Shown: piece by piece, positions 8,821 to 18,375 of the stretch
Layout of the letters: every line of letters starts with the position of its first letter
Position numbering within the stretch: the stretch's first letter is position 1
IMG/VR virus record: IMGVR_UViG_2814123203_000002
Coordinates: 1-64,000 of that record
Source: a virus
Lineage: Duplodnaviria > Caudoviricetes
Strand: one strand, 5' to 3'
DNA length: 64,000 bases
Notes under the pieces: generated by a model
What the model was told of the DNA's origin: nothing
Seen by the model: the letters and a program-made list of their open reading frames with translations, nothing else
Database searches by the model: none
Translations under genes and position numbers: made by a program

Positions 8821-9087
8821 TCATCTCAATCCTTCTATGTCCATGATAAAATATGAGGTCATCTCATCCACATATTTCTTTTTTGATGTTTGTATTCGGC
8901 GGGAAGCTCCATACATTTTCTTTCCTTCACAATATACATTGGAGGATGAGGATATTATTATTTCGCTTATTTCACTTGACATATCCCAAGTGAAATAATA
9001 GTATCTTCCATATGTACCGCCTGAGACCCTGTCATACAATTCCGCTGCCCTTTCTTGAAATTCTTTTATTAGCTCCATTTCAATCAC
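8821..9087 (-). CDS. Hypothetical protein, 88 aa
   Basis: Translationally coupled to the downstream ORF; GAGGTG at the start region. Confidence 0.55.
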   Translation of the reverse strand: MIEMELIKEFQERAAELYDRVSGGTYGRYYYFTWDMSSEISEIIISSSSNVYCEGKKMYGASRRIQTSKKKYVDEMTSYFIMDIEGLR

Positions 9088-9132
9088 CTCTGATAATTGT
9101 AATAATCATGTTCATCGTAGCATGGAATTAAA

Positions 9133-9213
9133 GTTGTAATTTAGTACCTATTAAGGAATTGAAACATGGATTTGTATTTTATCTGTTATGAAATACCTAT
9201 AAGGAATTGAAAC
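9133..9213 (+). CRISPR. Mini array: two type I-B-like repeats with a 19-nt spacer
   Basis: GTTGTAATTTAGTACCTATTAAGGAATTGAAAC (9133-9165) and GTTATGAAATACCTATAAGGAATTGAAAC (9185-9213) fit the GTTT...TACCTATAAGGAATTGAAAC family of Bacillota. Confidence 0.8.
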
Positions 9214-9266
9214 AACTAATCCAATGTTTCTTTAGAAGAACCCATTATTTTTTGGGGCGACCGCCC

Positions 9267-9770
9267 TCAGAGCCATTCTACGTCGTACCGTTCTTCGACG
9301 CGATCAATCACTTCGGATGTCTTTTCCTCTATGATTTCATCAAGTGCGATTTCTTCCCATTTTAAAATAATTTCTTCTGCTTTTTCGGGCAACAACTCGG
9401 AAAACGTTGCCCACTTGTACAGATTATCTTCGATATATCCGTCGTAACGCCCTTCGGCGTTTTTACGTAAGATCTCCCTGTATTCCTCCAAAAGGGATGA
9501 ATCTCCGTCTAGTTCGTTTTTAAGTTCGTCGTCCATATGCAAATGGTCGATGGGGTAGAACCATTTTTGCGTTGTAATCCCAATAATGTTCTCTCCCTCT
9601 AGCCAGTTGTTATGGCCCGCGAAAACCTCGGTGAAGAACTCTGTTGCTTCTTCACCATTGTGCCTAGCGTAAAGTTGGACCTCGCCACCGCGTTTTCTGT
9701 ACTCAGCGGCTTTCTTAATACACTTTTCTACCGCTATTTTACACTTTTCTAAATCAATTTTAATTTTCAT
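9267..9770 (-). CDS. Acidic hypothetical protein, 167 aa (anti-CRISPR candidate)
   Basis: AGGAGG RBS, own promoter, D/E-rich C-terminal half; function inferred from context only. Confidence 0.6.
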   Translation of the reverse strand: MKIKIDLEKCKIAVEKCIKKAAEYRKRGGEVQLYARHNGEEATEFFTEVFAGHNNWLEGENIIGITTQKWFYPIDHLHMDDELKNELDGDSSLLEEYREILRKNAEGRYDGYIEDNLYKWATFSELLPEKAEEIILKWEEIALDEIIEEKTSEVIDRVEERYDVEWL

Positions 9771-9826
9771 ATATACATTACCTCCTGAATTTAATTTTAT
9801 TTTCCATTTCTTTCTTACTGTTACTT

Positions 9827-9877
9827 ATAAATCTACACGAACGTGAAGATTTTGTCAACACGTTCGTGTAGATTTAT
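9827..9877. promoter_or_regulatory. Perfect 19-bp inverted repeat enclosing a minus-strand promoter
   Basis: ATAAATCTACACGAACGTG-N13-CACGTTCGTGTAGATTTAT; minus-strand TTGACA (9858-9853)-N17-TAGATT (9835-9830). Confidence 0.85.
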
Positions 9878-9915
9878 TTGAATTTATTTCGTAGAATAGG
9901 TATGAGGTGGTAATT

Positions 9916-10128
9916 ATGCTGAGCTTTGATCCTCTACGTGAGTGGTTTAACAAAACGGGAAGACAACGCACTGATATGTATATAGACTGCGGATTCGCTC
10001 CGCAAACAGTCGCGAAAGTATGGGGAGATCGGTTTCCGATACGAACCGATGTGATAGAGAAAATCTGCGAAACATATGGCCTGCGGATCGAGCAGGTACT
10101 TGTTTGGAAAAACGAGGAGGATAAGTAG
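9916..10128 (+). CDS. Small Cro/C1-type HTH protein
   Basis: MLSFDPL...GFAPQTVAKV...TDVIEKICETYGLRIEQVL is an HTH_26-like pattern; GAGGTG RBS. Confidence 0.8.
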   Translation: MLSFDPLREWFNKTGRQRTDMYIDCGFAPQTVAKVWGDRFPIRTDVIEKICETYGLRIEQVLVWKNEEDK

Positions 10129-10130
10129 AA

Positions 10131-10757
10131 ATGGATATTCAAATGTTTGACCCGAAAAAGGGAGTGCCAGCCACGGAGAATGAGCGAACCTATTTCCGGA
10201 ATGGCTACGGAGTGGGGATCGGTGTAATCTATCTGCCGTCGAAAAACATGCCGGAGATGTTTACGCAAAATTGGCCGACAATGGAGGTGCGTGGCGAAAC
10301 GGTGCATGCTGCGCCAGAATTTCGCGTTTTTGAAACGAAGAAATCGGCCGTGAGAATATTCCAGTACAATCCGGTACAGTTCCACTTAAAAGAACACGTT
10401 TTTAACGGCATCCAACTGTTCCATTTGCTTATTGCGTGCTTAGACGGTAATCCCGAACCATTTTCCGGGGAAACAACGCTGAATCCAGGTGATCCGTTGG
10501 CAGCTCGTTTTTTAGAAGTTATGGCGGAATCTCCGTACTTCGTGATTAATACATATGCCAAATTTGAGTACTTCCAAACGTTCTTTGCGGACAACCCGTT
10601 CAAAGAGGCGGTAAGATCGTTCCAATACACTGATAAGCCGCAGCCTAAGGATGTTTTTATGTGGGCAAAGGCGGAGTTAGAACGAACGGTACCGTTTAAG
10701 TATCGGGAGTTTGACTGGGAACCGCCCCAGAAGACGTTACGTGTTAATTTCGTGTAA
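10131..10757 (+). CDS. Hypothetical protein, 208 aa
   Basis: GAGGAGG RBS; coupled to the HTH gene. Confidence 0.65.
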   Translation: MDIQMFDPKKGVPATENERTYFRNGYGVGIGVIYLPSKNMPEMFTQNWPTMEVRGETVHAAPEFRVFETKKSAVRIFQYNPVQFHLKEHVFNGIQLFHLLIACLDGNPEPFSGETTLNPGDPLAARFLEVMAESPYFVINTYAKFEYFQTFFADNPFKEAVRSFQYTDKPQPKDVFMWAKAELERTVPFKYREFDWEPPQKTLRVNFV

Positions 10758-10812
10758 ACAGGAAAGAGCAGGAGGAACAAAAAACCTCACTGCTCTTCTT
10801 GGAGGGGACTAC

Positions 10813-10920
10813 ATGAAGCGTAACTGGGTATTAGACGAGTTGATTGAGCATTTTACCTTTCTTCCAAATGAGGGGCACACTATCACGTATCATCGGACCC
10901 AAATCAGAGAGTTTTTAACG
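10813..10920 (+). pseudogene. Remnant of a Tn3-family transposase N-terminus
   Basis: MKRNWVLDELIEHFTFLPNE joined directly to GHTITYHRTQIREFL, two normally separated DUF4158-type motifs; GGAGGGG RBS. Confidence 0.55.
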
Positions 10921-10924
10921 AGAT

Positions 10925-11440
10925 TTAAAGACGACTCTTCTTTTTGTTTTTCAATTCTTTTCTTACGGTTTTTTGCCAGTGCATTCTTTTTTCTTTAATA
11001 AAGTAGGTTAGTCCAATAGAAAAAGCATCTGATTCATCTTCATTTGAAAAATTGATATCAGGATATTTCAAAAGAAGGGTATTTTGTATCTGTTTTTTTG
11101 TAGCATTTCCATGCAATATAGTTGCTTTACATGTCTTTGGCATGTAACAATATTGTTTCTTGTCTTTAAACATCCATCTTATTAAACCTTGTGCCATACA
11201 TAAAACCTTGCTTGAATTGTTGTGTCTAATAAAGACATCTTCTAAAACAACAACAGATGCGGGAAGTTCTTGCAAATGTTTTGATACACCTTTAAAGATT
11301 ATATTTAATCTTTTACCATAAGATAAACCTTCTTTTGTAGGGAATGATGTAATTACTACAGGATCAAAAGTATTTAAATTAAATATTACGAGTCCAGTCC
11401 TAGATAGACTTATATCAAATGCATATAGGAATTCTTTCAA
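10925..11440 (-). CDS. RuvC-like Holliday junction resolvase
   Basis: AFDISLSRTG, VVLED, GNATKKQIQ, DESDAFSIG. Confidence 0.85.
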   Translation of the reverse strand: MKEFLYAFDISLSRTGLVIFNLNTFDPVVITSFPTKEGLSYGKRLNIIFKGVSKHLQELPASVVVLEDVFIRHNNSSKVLCMAQGLIRWMFKDKKQYCYMPKTCKATILHGNATKKQIQNTLLLKYPDINFSNEDESDAFSIGLTYFIKEKRMHWQKTVRKELKNKKKSRL

Positions 11441-11499
11441 ATGATCACCTTTACTATATATAAATTTAGTTATATTTCTTCAAATTGATTCTAATTTAT

Positions 11500-12042
11500 T
11501 TACTTTATAGGAAATTTCAAATTATAATTAATCATAAAATCTGGAAGTCTCTCTTTTGTTTTGAATGCTTTGCCAGTTTGATTTACAATCCCAATAGCTT
11601 CTGTTGAAAGCATGTCACATATTTCATTACCAAAAATTCCAGAATGCCCTTTAACCTTAATAAAGTTTATATTAGGAAACTTTTTGAAAAGCTCTAATAA
11701 TTTAATCCACAAATCTTTATTTTCTACTGGTTTTCCATTAGAATTTTTCCATCTGTTATCCCTTTTCCATTTCTTGTACCATTTATCATTAATACAGTTA
11801 ACTATATATGCTGAATCCGAAAAAACATTTATTTTCTTGTCGGTAGGTTTTAATTTCCTTAAACCATATATAACAGATGATAATTCCATTCTATTGTTAG
11901 TTGTATTAATAAAACCAGATTGAAACATCTTTTTTGTATTGCCGTACTCTATAAACACTCCATAGCCACCAATCTTAGTTGTATGGTTTCTGGCTCCACC
12001 ATCACACCATACATTAATTTCTTTTTCTTTATCAAATGTCAT
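11500..12042 (-). CDS. rnhA: Ribonuclease HI
   Basis: CDGGA, TNNRMEL, SDSAY, NKDLW, VKGHSG, NEICD. Confidence 0.95.
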   Translation of the reverse strand: MTFDKEKEINVWCDGGARNHTTKIGGYGVFIEYGNTKKMFQSGFINTTNNRMELSSVIYGLRKLKPTDKKINVFSDSAYIVNCINDKWYKKWKRDNRWKNSNGKPVENKDLWIKLLELFKKFPNINFIKVKGHSGIFGNEICDMLSTEAIGIVNQTGKAFKTKERLPDFMINYNLKFPIK

Positions 12043-12046
12043 GTCA

Positions 12047-12693
12047 TTAATCTCTAAACCACCAAATTGAATTTGAAAAAATAAAATCAACTACTTCATA
12101 CCTGTCTTCCTCATATTGTTCTAAATCTTCTTTGTCAAGATAACAAGGTGGATTAAATCCATTTGGATTTTCTGATTTTATCAGCACATTGCCACCATCT
12201 AAATATTTAGTTATTATTGCTGGTTGTTCTTTCCAAAATATTTTTCGATTTTCAATTTCATTGAGGAAATCCATAGAAAAGAAATTGATAGGAAAACCTT
12301 CTAATTTATAGATAATACTTCTTGCTTCATTCAAACAATAATCTAATGTATTTCCTAAAACATTAAAGAATTTTTCACCGTTTCTAGTAATATAACAGTT
12401 ACATGTTTCTCCTACTTCCGTCTCATCCCATTTCGTTTTAATGTAATTAGTTTCGTCTATTACAATCCCCATCTGACTACATGTCCACTAAATTGTATTA
12501 AATTCTCATATACTGGAGTCTCATTTCTAGGACAACACCAATAGCAATTTTCTCCCCATTTTCCACCGATACTATGGTTATATCCTTCTAGCCGATATAC
12601 TTTCATTGGGGCACCTTTAACAACCACATCCCAATCTAAAGGATGAAGTTTCGATAAATCTGTTTCTTTGTTGATTAATTTGATTTCTGTCAT
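12047..12693 (-). pseudogene. Hypothetical phage gene split by a frameshift
   Basis: ORFs 12460..12693 and 12047..12472 fuse (VRWGIVIDET) if one base is added to the G-run near 12468. Confidence 0.6.
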
Positions 12694-12746
12694 AAGCCCT
12701 CCTAATTTTTCTATAAAATGATTGTTTTATATAAAATTTATTATAT

Positions 12747-15700
12747 TTAATGTTTATTGTTCTTATAAACAATTGAACATTTTTCTAAGTAATATTGCAT
12801 TTCAGGTTGCTTAACATATTCACCATCAATAAACTTGACTTTATTTTTCTTTGAAGTTTTCTTAATTTCAATAATGTCACCAATGTTAAATGCTTCGATA
12901 TCTTCCCTTCCATAAAACTTATCCTTTCTAATTTTGATTGACTTCTCTTTTCCTGAGTTTAAGATTATACATTTTACTGTAGGTGTATACTTTAGATCAA
13001 TTTCCATTATCAATGCAAATGATTTAGGCATGTTTGGGTAAGATGTTTTGATAAAACCATAAATATCTTTTTCAAAAAAAGCTAACTCTGATGGATTAAC
13101 ATCTGGAAAATTGTCGAGTAGATTTTTTTCAAATTCGATTAAAACAGTCTGTCTTTTCTTTTTAGTTTTATCTTTATGTTGTTTATTATATCTATTCTTA
13201 CCGTTTGTTAATTCGTTATAAATAGTTAATAATTTTTCCATATTTCCAAATTCAGAGAAGTATCCTAGCCTTATTAAGATATCAAGTTGTTTAGAATTAA
13301 TTGATGTTTTTTCTTTCATATCTATCAAGAGATTAACGAAGTCCTCATATTTATTTGCTGCTAACATTTGAAGTTCCTCAGCAATTTGTCTATTACAATG
13401 TTTTAGTAAGGAGATACCATAAGTGATTGCCCCATCTTCAACCTTACATAAAGGTTGAGCGTTTCTAAATGTTGGTTTGCTTAATTTGATTTTAAGCCTT
13501 TTTAACTCTTTGTGTGCTACATCTAATTTATCATGGTGTGCTTCTAATGAATTGAACCAAGCACAAATGAATTCTAATGGATGATAGGTTTTTAAAAATG
13601 CACATATAAAAGCAATCATGGCATATGCCTGAGAATGAGCTTTGTTAAATGAATATTTCGCGAAGTCAAGCATAGTTTGCCATAATTCATCTATTTGTGA
13701 TTCTGTCCATCCTCTGGATTTTAAACCTTTTCTTAGTTCAGGTTCTACCCTTTTTAGTTTTTTTGCATCCTTTTTTCCAGTTGCCTGTCTCAATAAATCT
13801 GGGTTTCTGAGACCAGCGTATCGACCAATTGAAATCAGCTGTTCTTGGAATACAATAATGCCATAGGTAACCCCTAGTATTTCCTCAAGATCTGGATGTA
13901 AGTACTCGATTTTTTCTTTACCATGCATTCTATTAATATAAGTATCAATGTACTTTTTACTTCCGGGACGATATAGTGCATTTACTGCTGAAAGATCGTT
14001 TAATCCATGTGGTTGCATTTTTTTCATTGTTGTCTTCATACCGTCTGATTCAAATTGAAATACACCGTCAGTCCAACCTTTTCTAAATACTTTTAATACA
14101 TTTTCGTCTTTATAATTAAGGTTTCTAATGTAATTTGTATCTTTTCCAATCATATCTAAAGTATCGTAAATTACTGAAATTGTTCTCAATCCGAGAAGAT
14201 CAACTTTAACCAACCCCAAAGCTTCAGCATCTTTCATGTCTATATGCAACACATATTCTTCATCTTTTACAGATATAGCTGTATATTTCTGAATATCTTG
14301 GGTACTAATCACTTTACCACAGGGATGAACACCATAAGAGCGCGGTAGTCCTGCAAGTTTAATGGCATAATCAAAAAGTTTAGGATATTTTTTAAGAAAG
14401 GGATTTAAAAGATTTTTACTGATAGCTTCTTGAATTGTTAAATCATCCATTGTTTTTGTAATTTGATTTGTTATATCAAAAGGGATATTAAGAACTCTTC
14501 CAACATCTTTAATTGCTGATTTATCCCATATATAAGAAAATTGACATAGGGCAGCTACCTTATTTTGTCCGTGATCTTTAACAATACTTGCAAGTACTTG
14601 TTCGCGTTCTGTTGTACCAAAATCTAAATCAAAATCAGGTATTTTTAATTCTTCTTTTTTTATTTTTCCATTACGTAACAAATCTAATTGTGCCACATCA
14701 ATAAATCTCTCGAAATAAAGTCCATGTTCAATTGGGTCTATGTCAACAATATTAAGTAAGTAAGCAATAAGACTTCCACCACCAGAACCTCTAGCGATAC
14801 CTCTGCGTTTGACAGAATTTGCGTATCCTTCAACAAGTAAGTAATATCCACTAAACCCCATCTCTTTAATAGCTTTATATTCGTATTGTAGCCTTTTTTT
14901 ATACTCAATCTGTTTTTCTTTGCTTTTTTTGTGTATATTTCTAAATTTCCAGCCAGTTCGGCAAAGATGTTTAAGATAATCGTCTTGATTTTCAAATCCT
15001 TTAGGAATTGTTACTTTTGGGATGATGGCAGATGATAATGGCAATGGAGAATTGCATTTATCTAATATGACCTGTGTTGTACGGATAGCTGATATTTTTT
15101 CTTCGTCAGACAAAGAAATAAGTCTATCCCAAACCTCTTTTTCACTTTGTATTTGTGTATCTAAATAAGTTTCGTCAGCTTCATAACTATCTTTTTTTCT
15201 GTTGATGGCAATAAAAATTTTATGAAGTTCATGATCTTCTTCATTAATAAAATGGCTATCAGCTGTTGCAACATACTTAATACTAAGCTCTTTAGCAATA
15301 TCAATTATTACTCGATTAAGTTGCTGTTGTCTTGGATCTCTATGAGCTTGCACTTCTAAATAATAATCAGAACCAAACACTTTTTGATATTTTCGGGCAA
15401 TCTCTTTGGCTTTCTCTATATTTCCTGAAGTGATATTTATATCTTCAATTCCAATTTTTCCTCCAGCTAACGACTGTTGTAATTCTGACGCCATACAACC
15501 TGACATAACAATTAGTCCTTGAGAATGTTGACTTAGTAATTCAAAATCAATACGTGGTTTAAAATAAAATCCCTCAATATAACCAAGAGAAACAAGTTTG
15601 TTGATATTTTGCCTGCCTTTTTCATTCTTTGCTAGTACAGTTAAATGGTAATATTTATTGTTCTTATCCCTTTCAAAACGGTTTTGGCAAATATAAAATT

Positions 15701-15941
15701 CACATCCATACACAAACTTTAAACTATTTTCTTTTGCCATTTTAAATAATTTAACACTAGAATGGACATTGCCATGCTCTGTAACAGCAAACCCTCTCTG
15801 TTTTAGCGATTTAACTTTACTAACAACATCTTCTGGTCTACCCATTCCATCAAGTAGTGAATAAGCAGTGTGCAAATGAAGATTAACAAAACCATCAGAG
15901 CTACTTACTTGACATTCTACATCATTACACATAGTGGTCAC
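12747..15941 (-). CDS. dnaE: Phage DNA polymerase III alpha subunit (SPbeta YorL-like)
   Basis: PHP domain HLHTAYSLLDG, RGSGGGS, PDFDLDF, KVDLLGL, YSFNKAHS. Confidence 0.95.
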   Translation of the reverse strand: MTTMCNDVECQVSSSDGFVNLHLHTAYSLLDGMGRPEDVVSKVKSLKQRGFAVTEHGNVHSSVKLFKMAKENSLKFVYGCEFYICQNRFERDKNNKYYHLTVLAKNEKGRQNINKLVSLGYIEGFYFKPRIDFELLSQHSQGLIVMSGCMASELQQSLAGGKIGIEDINITSGNIEKAKEIARKYQKVFGSDYYLEVQAHRDPRQQQLNRVIIDIAKELSIKYVATADSHFINEEDHELHKIFIAINRKKDSYEADETYLDTQIQSEKEVWDRLISLSDEEKISAIRTTQVILDKCNSPLPLSSAIIPKVTIPKGFENQDDYLKHLCRTGWKFRNIHKKSKEKQIEYKKRLQYEYKAIKEMGFSGYYLLVEGYANSVKRRGIARGSGGGSLIAYLLNIVDIDPIEHGLYFERFIDVAQLDLLRNGKIKKEELKIPDFDLDFGTTEREQVLASIVKDHGQNKVAALCQFSYIWDKSAIKDVGRVLNIPFDITNQITKTMDDLTIQEAISKNLLNPFLKKYPKLFDYAIKLAGLPRSYGVHPCGKVISTQDIQKYTAISVKDEEYVLHIDMKDAEALGLVKVDLLGLRTISVIYDTLDMIGKDTNYIRNLNYKDENVLKVFRKGWTDGVFQFESDGMKTTMKKMQPHGLNDLSAVNALYRPGSKKYIDTYINRMHGKEKIEYLHPDLEEILGVTYGIIVFQEQLISIGRYAGLRNPDLLRQATGKKDAKKLKRVEPELRKGLKSRGWTESQIDELWQTMLDFAKYSFNKAHSQAYAMIAFICAFLKTYHPLEFICAWFNSLEAHHDKLDVAHKELKRLKIKLSKPTFRNAQPLCKVEDGAITYGISLLKHCNRQIAEELQMLAANKYEDFVNLLIDMKEKTSINSKQLDILIRLGYFSEFGNMEKLLTIYNELTNGKNRYNKQHKDKTKKKRQTVLIEFEKNLLDNFPDVNPSELAFFEKDIYGFIKTSYPNMPKSFALIMEIDLKYTPTVKCIILNSGKEKSIKIRKDKFYGREDIEAFNIGDIIEIKKTSKKNKVKFIDGEYVKQPEMQYYLEKCSIVYKNNKH

Positions 15942-16403
15942 CCTTCTTTTTGTCTACTGGCTGTATACCTACAACATAAGTATTCAGCTTTCAGAATGAC
16001 TATTTCTTATCTTAATATATGAAATTTCTTAAATTAATTTTACTAACAATATTATTATGAAATTCTTCGTCTTGTGTGTGATTCAGTACATAGTGGTCCT
16101 TTAAATTTCCTTCTCTATTTGAGAAACTTTGTAAGTATTTTTAGTTTAAATGGGAAAGTTATATATTTCAGAACCGTTAAAGCATTGCCTGAATCCGAAT
16201 TAATACTGACGTACTTAACTTGGTTTTCCAGCACTAGAGTTATTGAATTCAAGTCTACTTGAAATTAAAAATTTTGTATGGGCTGAAGTTCCATCAGCCC
16301 ATACTGTTCTCTTTCTGATTTTTATCGAATACTCATTATTCATTATATTTAATATCTATTATAATTAGATCATATTCACTCATTTTTTACTCCTTTATAC
16401 AAC

Positions 16404-16916
16404 CTATCTGATACTTAAACTTACTTTATCGTTGACTAGTTTAGCACCCTCAATAGCTTGATTATTTTTTAAAGCTTTTTTTAGTTCATCTTTCATAATT
16501 TTATCTGGTTGAGGTTTTTTAAATTGAAGTGGTATTTTTTCTACATCAATAATTTCAACGCTTGCAGGACTTTTTCTAAAGGAAACCTTAAATGTTCCTG
16601 CTTGCAACTCTTTAATCTTAGCATGTTGTAACATACTACTTAAATAATTCTTTAATGATTCAATCTTATTTTCTCTATACTTTCTTTGTTTACTTAAACG
16701 GCCCTCTTCAGATTTGTAAGCGAGAACTTCAGCTTCAAGATTCTTAATAAAACGAATAATATTATCGGTCTTTTTCTCAATTGAATCATTAATTCCATCT
16801 AAAATAGAAATCCAAAGTTCTAAATCATCTTCATTTTCAATTTGTCCATTATCAAAAGCTTCCTCAGCAAGTTCAGATAGTTTTCTATATTGTTCTGATA
16901 ATTCATACAATTTCAC
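16404..16916 (-). CDS. Siphovirus Gp157 family protein
   Basis: KLYELS start, coiled coil, FRKSPASVEI, IEGAKLV...LSIR end. Confidence 0.85.
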   Translation of the reverse strand: MKLYELSEQYRKLSELAEEAFDNGQIENEDDLELWISILDGINDSIEKKTDNIIRFIKNLEAEVLAYKSEEGRLSKQRKYRENKIESLKNYLSSMLQHAKIKELQAGTFKVSFRKSPASVEIIDVEKIPLQFKKPQPDKIMKDELKKALKNNQAIEGAKLVNDKVSLSIR

Positions 16917-17443
16917 ACAAATCATTCCCTTAATATATTTTGAAATTAGTAACTTTGAGAAGAAAGAAATTTTTAGGATAACTATTATGAATTTTTCATA
17001 TAGTGAATAATTCAAGTGTTACGATCTGTTCCATCCTCAGCCCGCCGTGGTCAGTATCGACAACCTCCTAATCGTCATATCTGCCTATGATCCACCTAAA
17101 TAAAAACGGTAACGTCGTAAAGACAACGACAAAAGGGATGCTATTAGTCAACTACGGAGAATCCGGTATACCCAACGCCAATGCTGCACAATAACCAACG
17201 TAACTAAGAAAAAACAAAACTACGGTCCAAGTTGCGCTACCTACAAACCAGATGACGAAATCCCGTTTGTCCATTCACTTATCCCTCCAAACGTTATTTT
17301 TTATGAACGGATTTTCGCTTTTGGTCGTTTATACTGGTCACAATATTGGACTTTTTGAGCAACATTTGGTGTTCATAAATGTTGCTGTGACGAAGCGAAT
17401 TGTTCATCTGTAATCTCATATTGTTCATAATCTATTATATTTA

Positions 17444-18172
17444 TCATTTGCTAGTGCTATCTAAACTTCCTGTTCCTCTTTTAGAGGGAATTTTCATTAG
17501 TTTTTCATATGGAATTTCCTTTACCTTTAAATTTGGAACGAAGTCAATGGTTCCTTGGCAAATTGCTTTATTGTAAGGATAGTAAATAGTATCATTGTCT
17601 TCATAAGCTTTTTCATATTTCTTACTAATAACAACATCTTTATATAATGGTGTCATATTGAGAAAAATTTCGCCACGATAGGATGAATCAATAACCCCTG
17701 AAAGCATACACATTCCAAGCAATCCAGTTGATCCTCTTTCGTGTTTAACATTGAAATAGTAGTTTGGAAGCAAGGAAATTGCAATGCCCGTTGGTACAAT
17801 AGTTGGTTTAAATTTAGGAATATATAATTCTTCCTCGTCGAAGCATGCATAAATATCATATCCTGCGTTTTCATCATCCTTTGTTGGAAGAATAGCACTT
17901 TCTCGAATTTTCGCCATTAGCAAAGTATCAACTTTAGAGGATTTATCCTTATTTCCGGATCTGTGTTTTTTAATGCGATATTTATCAATATTCATAAATT
18001 TAATAGCTTTTTTTGTTGCTTCATTTTCATTATTTAAATAAGTTACTTCTGCCTGCAAATTAGGAATATCCAATGAAATAATTCTTCCAATTGTTTTTTG
18101 CTTCTTCAGCCACACCTTCTCATTTAGTTTGTAATATCTTTTTTTCTTACGTTCGTTTTTTTGCATATTCAA
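17444..18172 (-). CDS. dut: Trimeric dUTPase with N-terminal extension
   Basis: AGYDI, VPTGI, ERGS, GVIDSSYRGEI, RGTGSLDST. Confidence 0.9.
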   Translation of the reverse strand: MNMQKNERKKKRYYKLNEKVWLKKQKTIGRIISLDIPNLQAEVTYLNNENEATKKAIKFMNIDKYRIKKHRSGNKDKSSKVDTLLMAKIRESAILPTKDDENAGYDIYACFDEEELYIPKFKPTIVPTGIAISLLPNYYFNVKHERGSTGLLGMCMLSGVIDSSYRGEIFLNMTPLYKDVVISKKYEKAYEDNDTIYYPYNKAICQGTIDFVPNLKVKEIPYEKLMKIPSKRGTGSLDSTSK

Positions 18173-18375
18173 TCTCCTCTATTTTTGTAATTTCATTTTC
18201 ATATATTATATTATTATATTTTATATTTGTCAATGATTAAATGATACTTCTCAATCTTAAGTCTTTTCCTCCAACTTCCACTAACCTATTTATTAGCTAA
18301 CTGCTACAATAAATATAGGTGATTTTTATGCTAAGCAAACGATTTAATGCACCTTAATATGGAGGGTGTTGCCTA

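Noticed and set aside
7950-9213. A conventional CRISPR-Cas locus
   Set aside because: No cas genes, at most two repeats per family, three unrelated families and spacers too short for normal arrays
10229-10780. Long opposite-strand ORFs (also 5435..5830, 9855..10385, 24053..24355, 47592..47903, 63240..63524)
   Set aside because: Shadows of better-supported genes or structured RNA; no RBS or motifs
12747-15941. Intein in dnaE
   Set aside because: Normal length and no intein motifs seen
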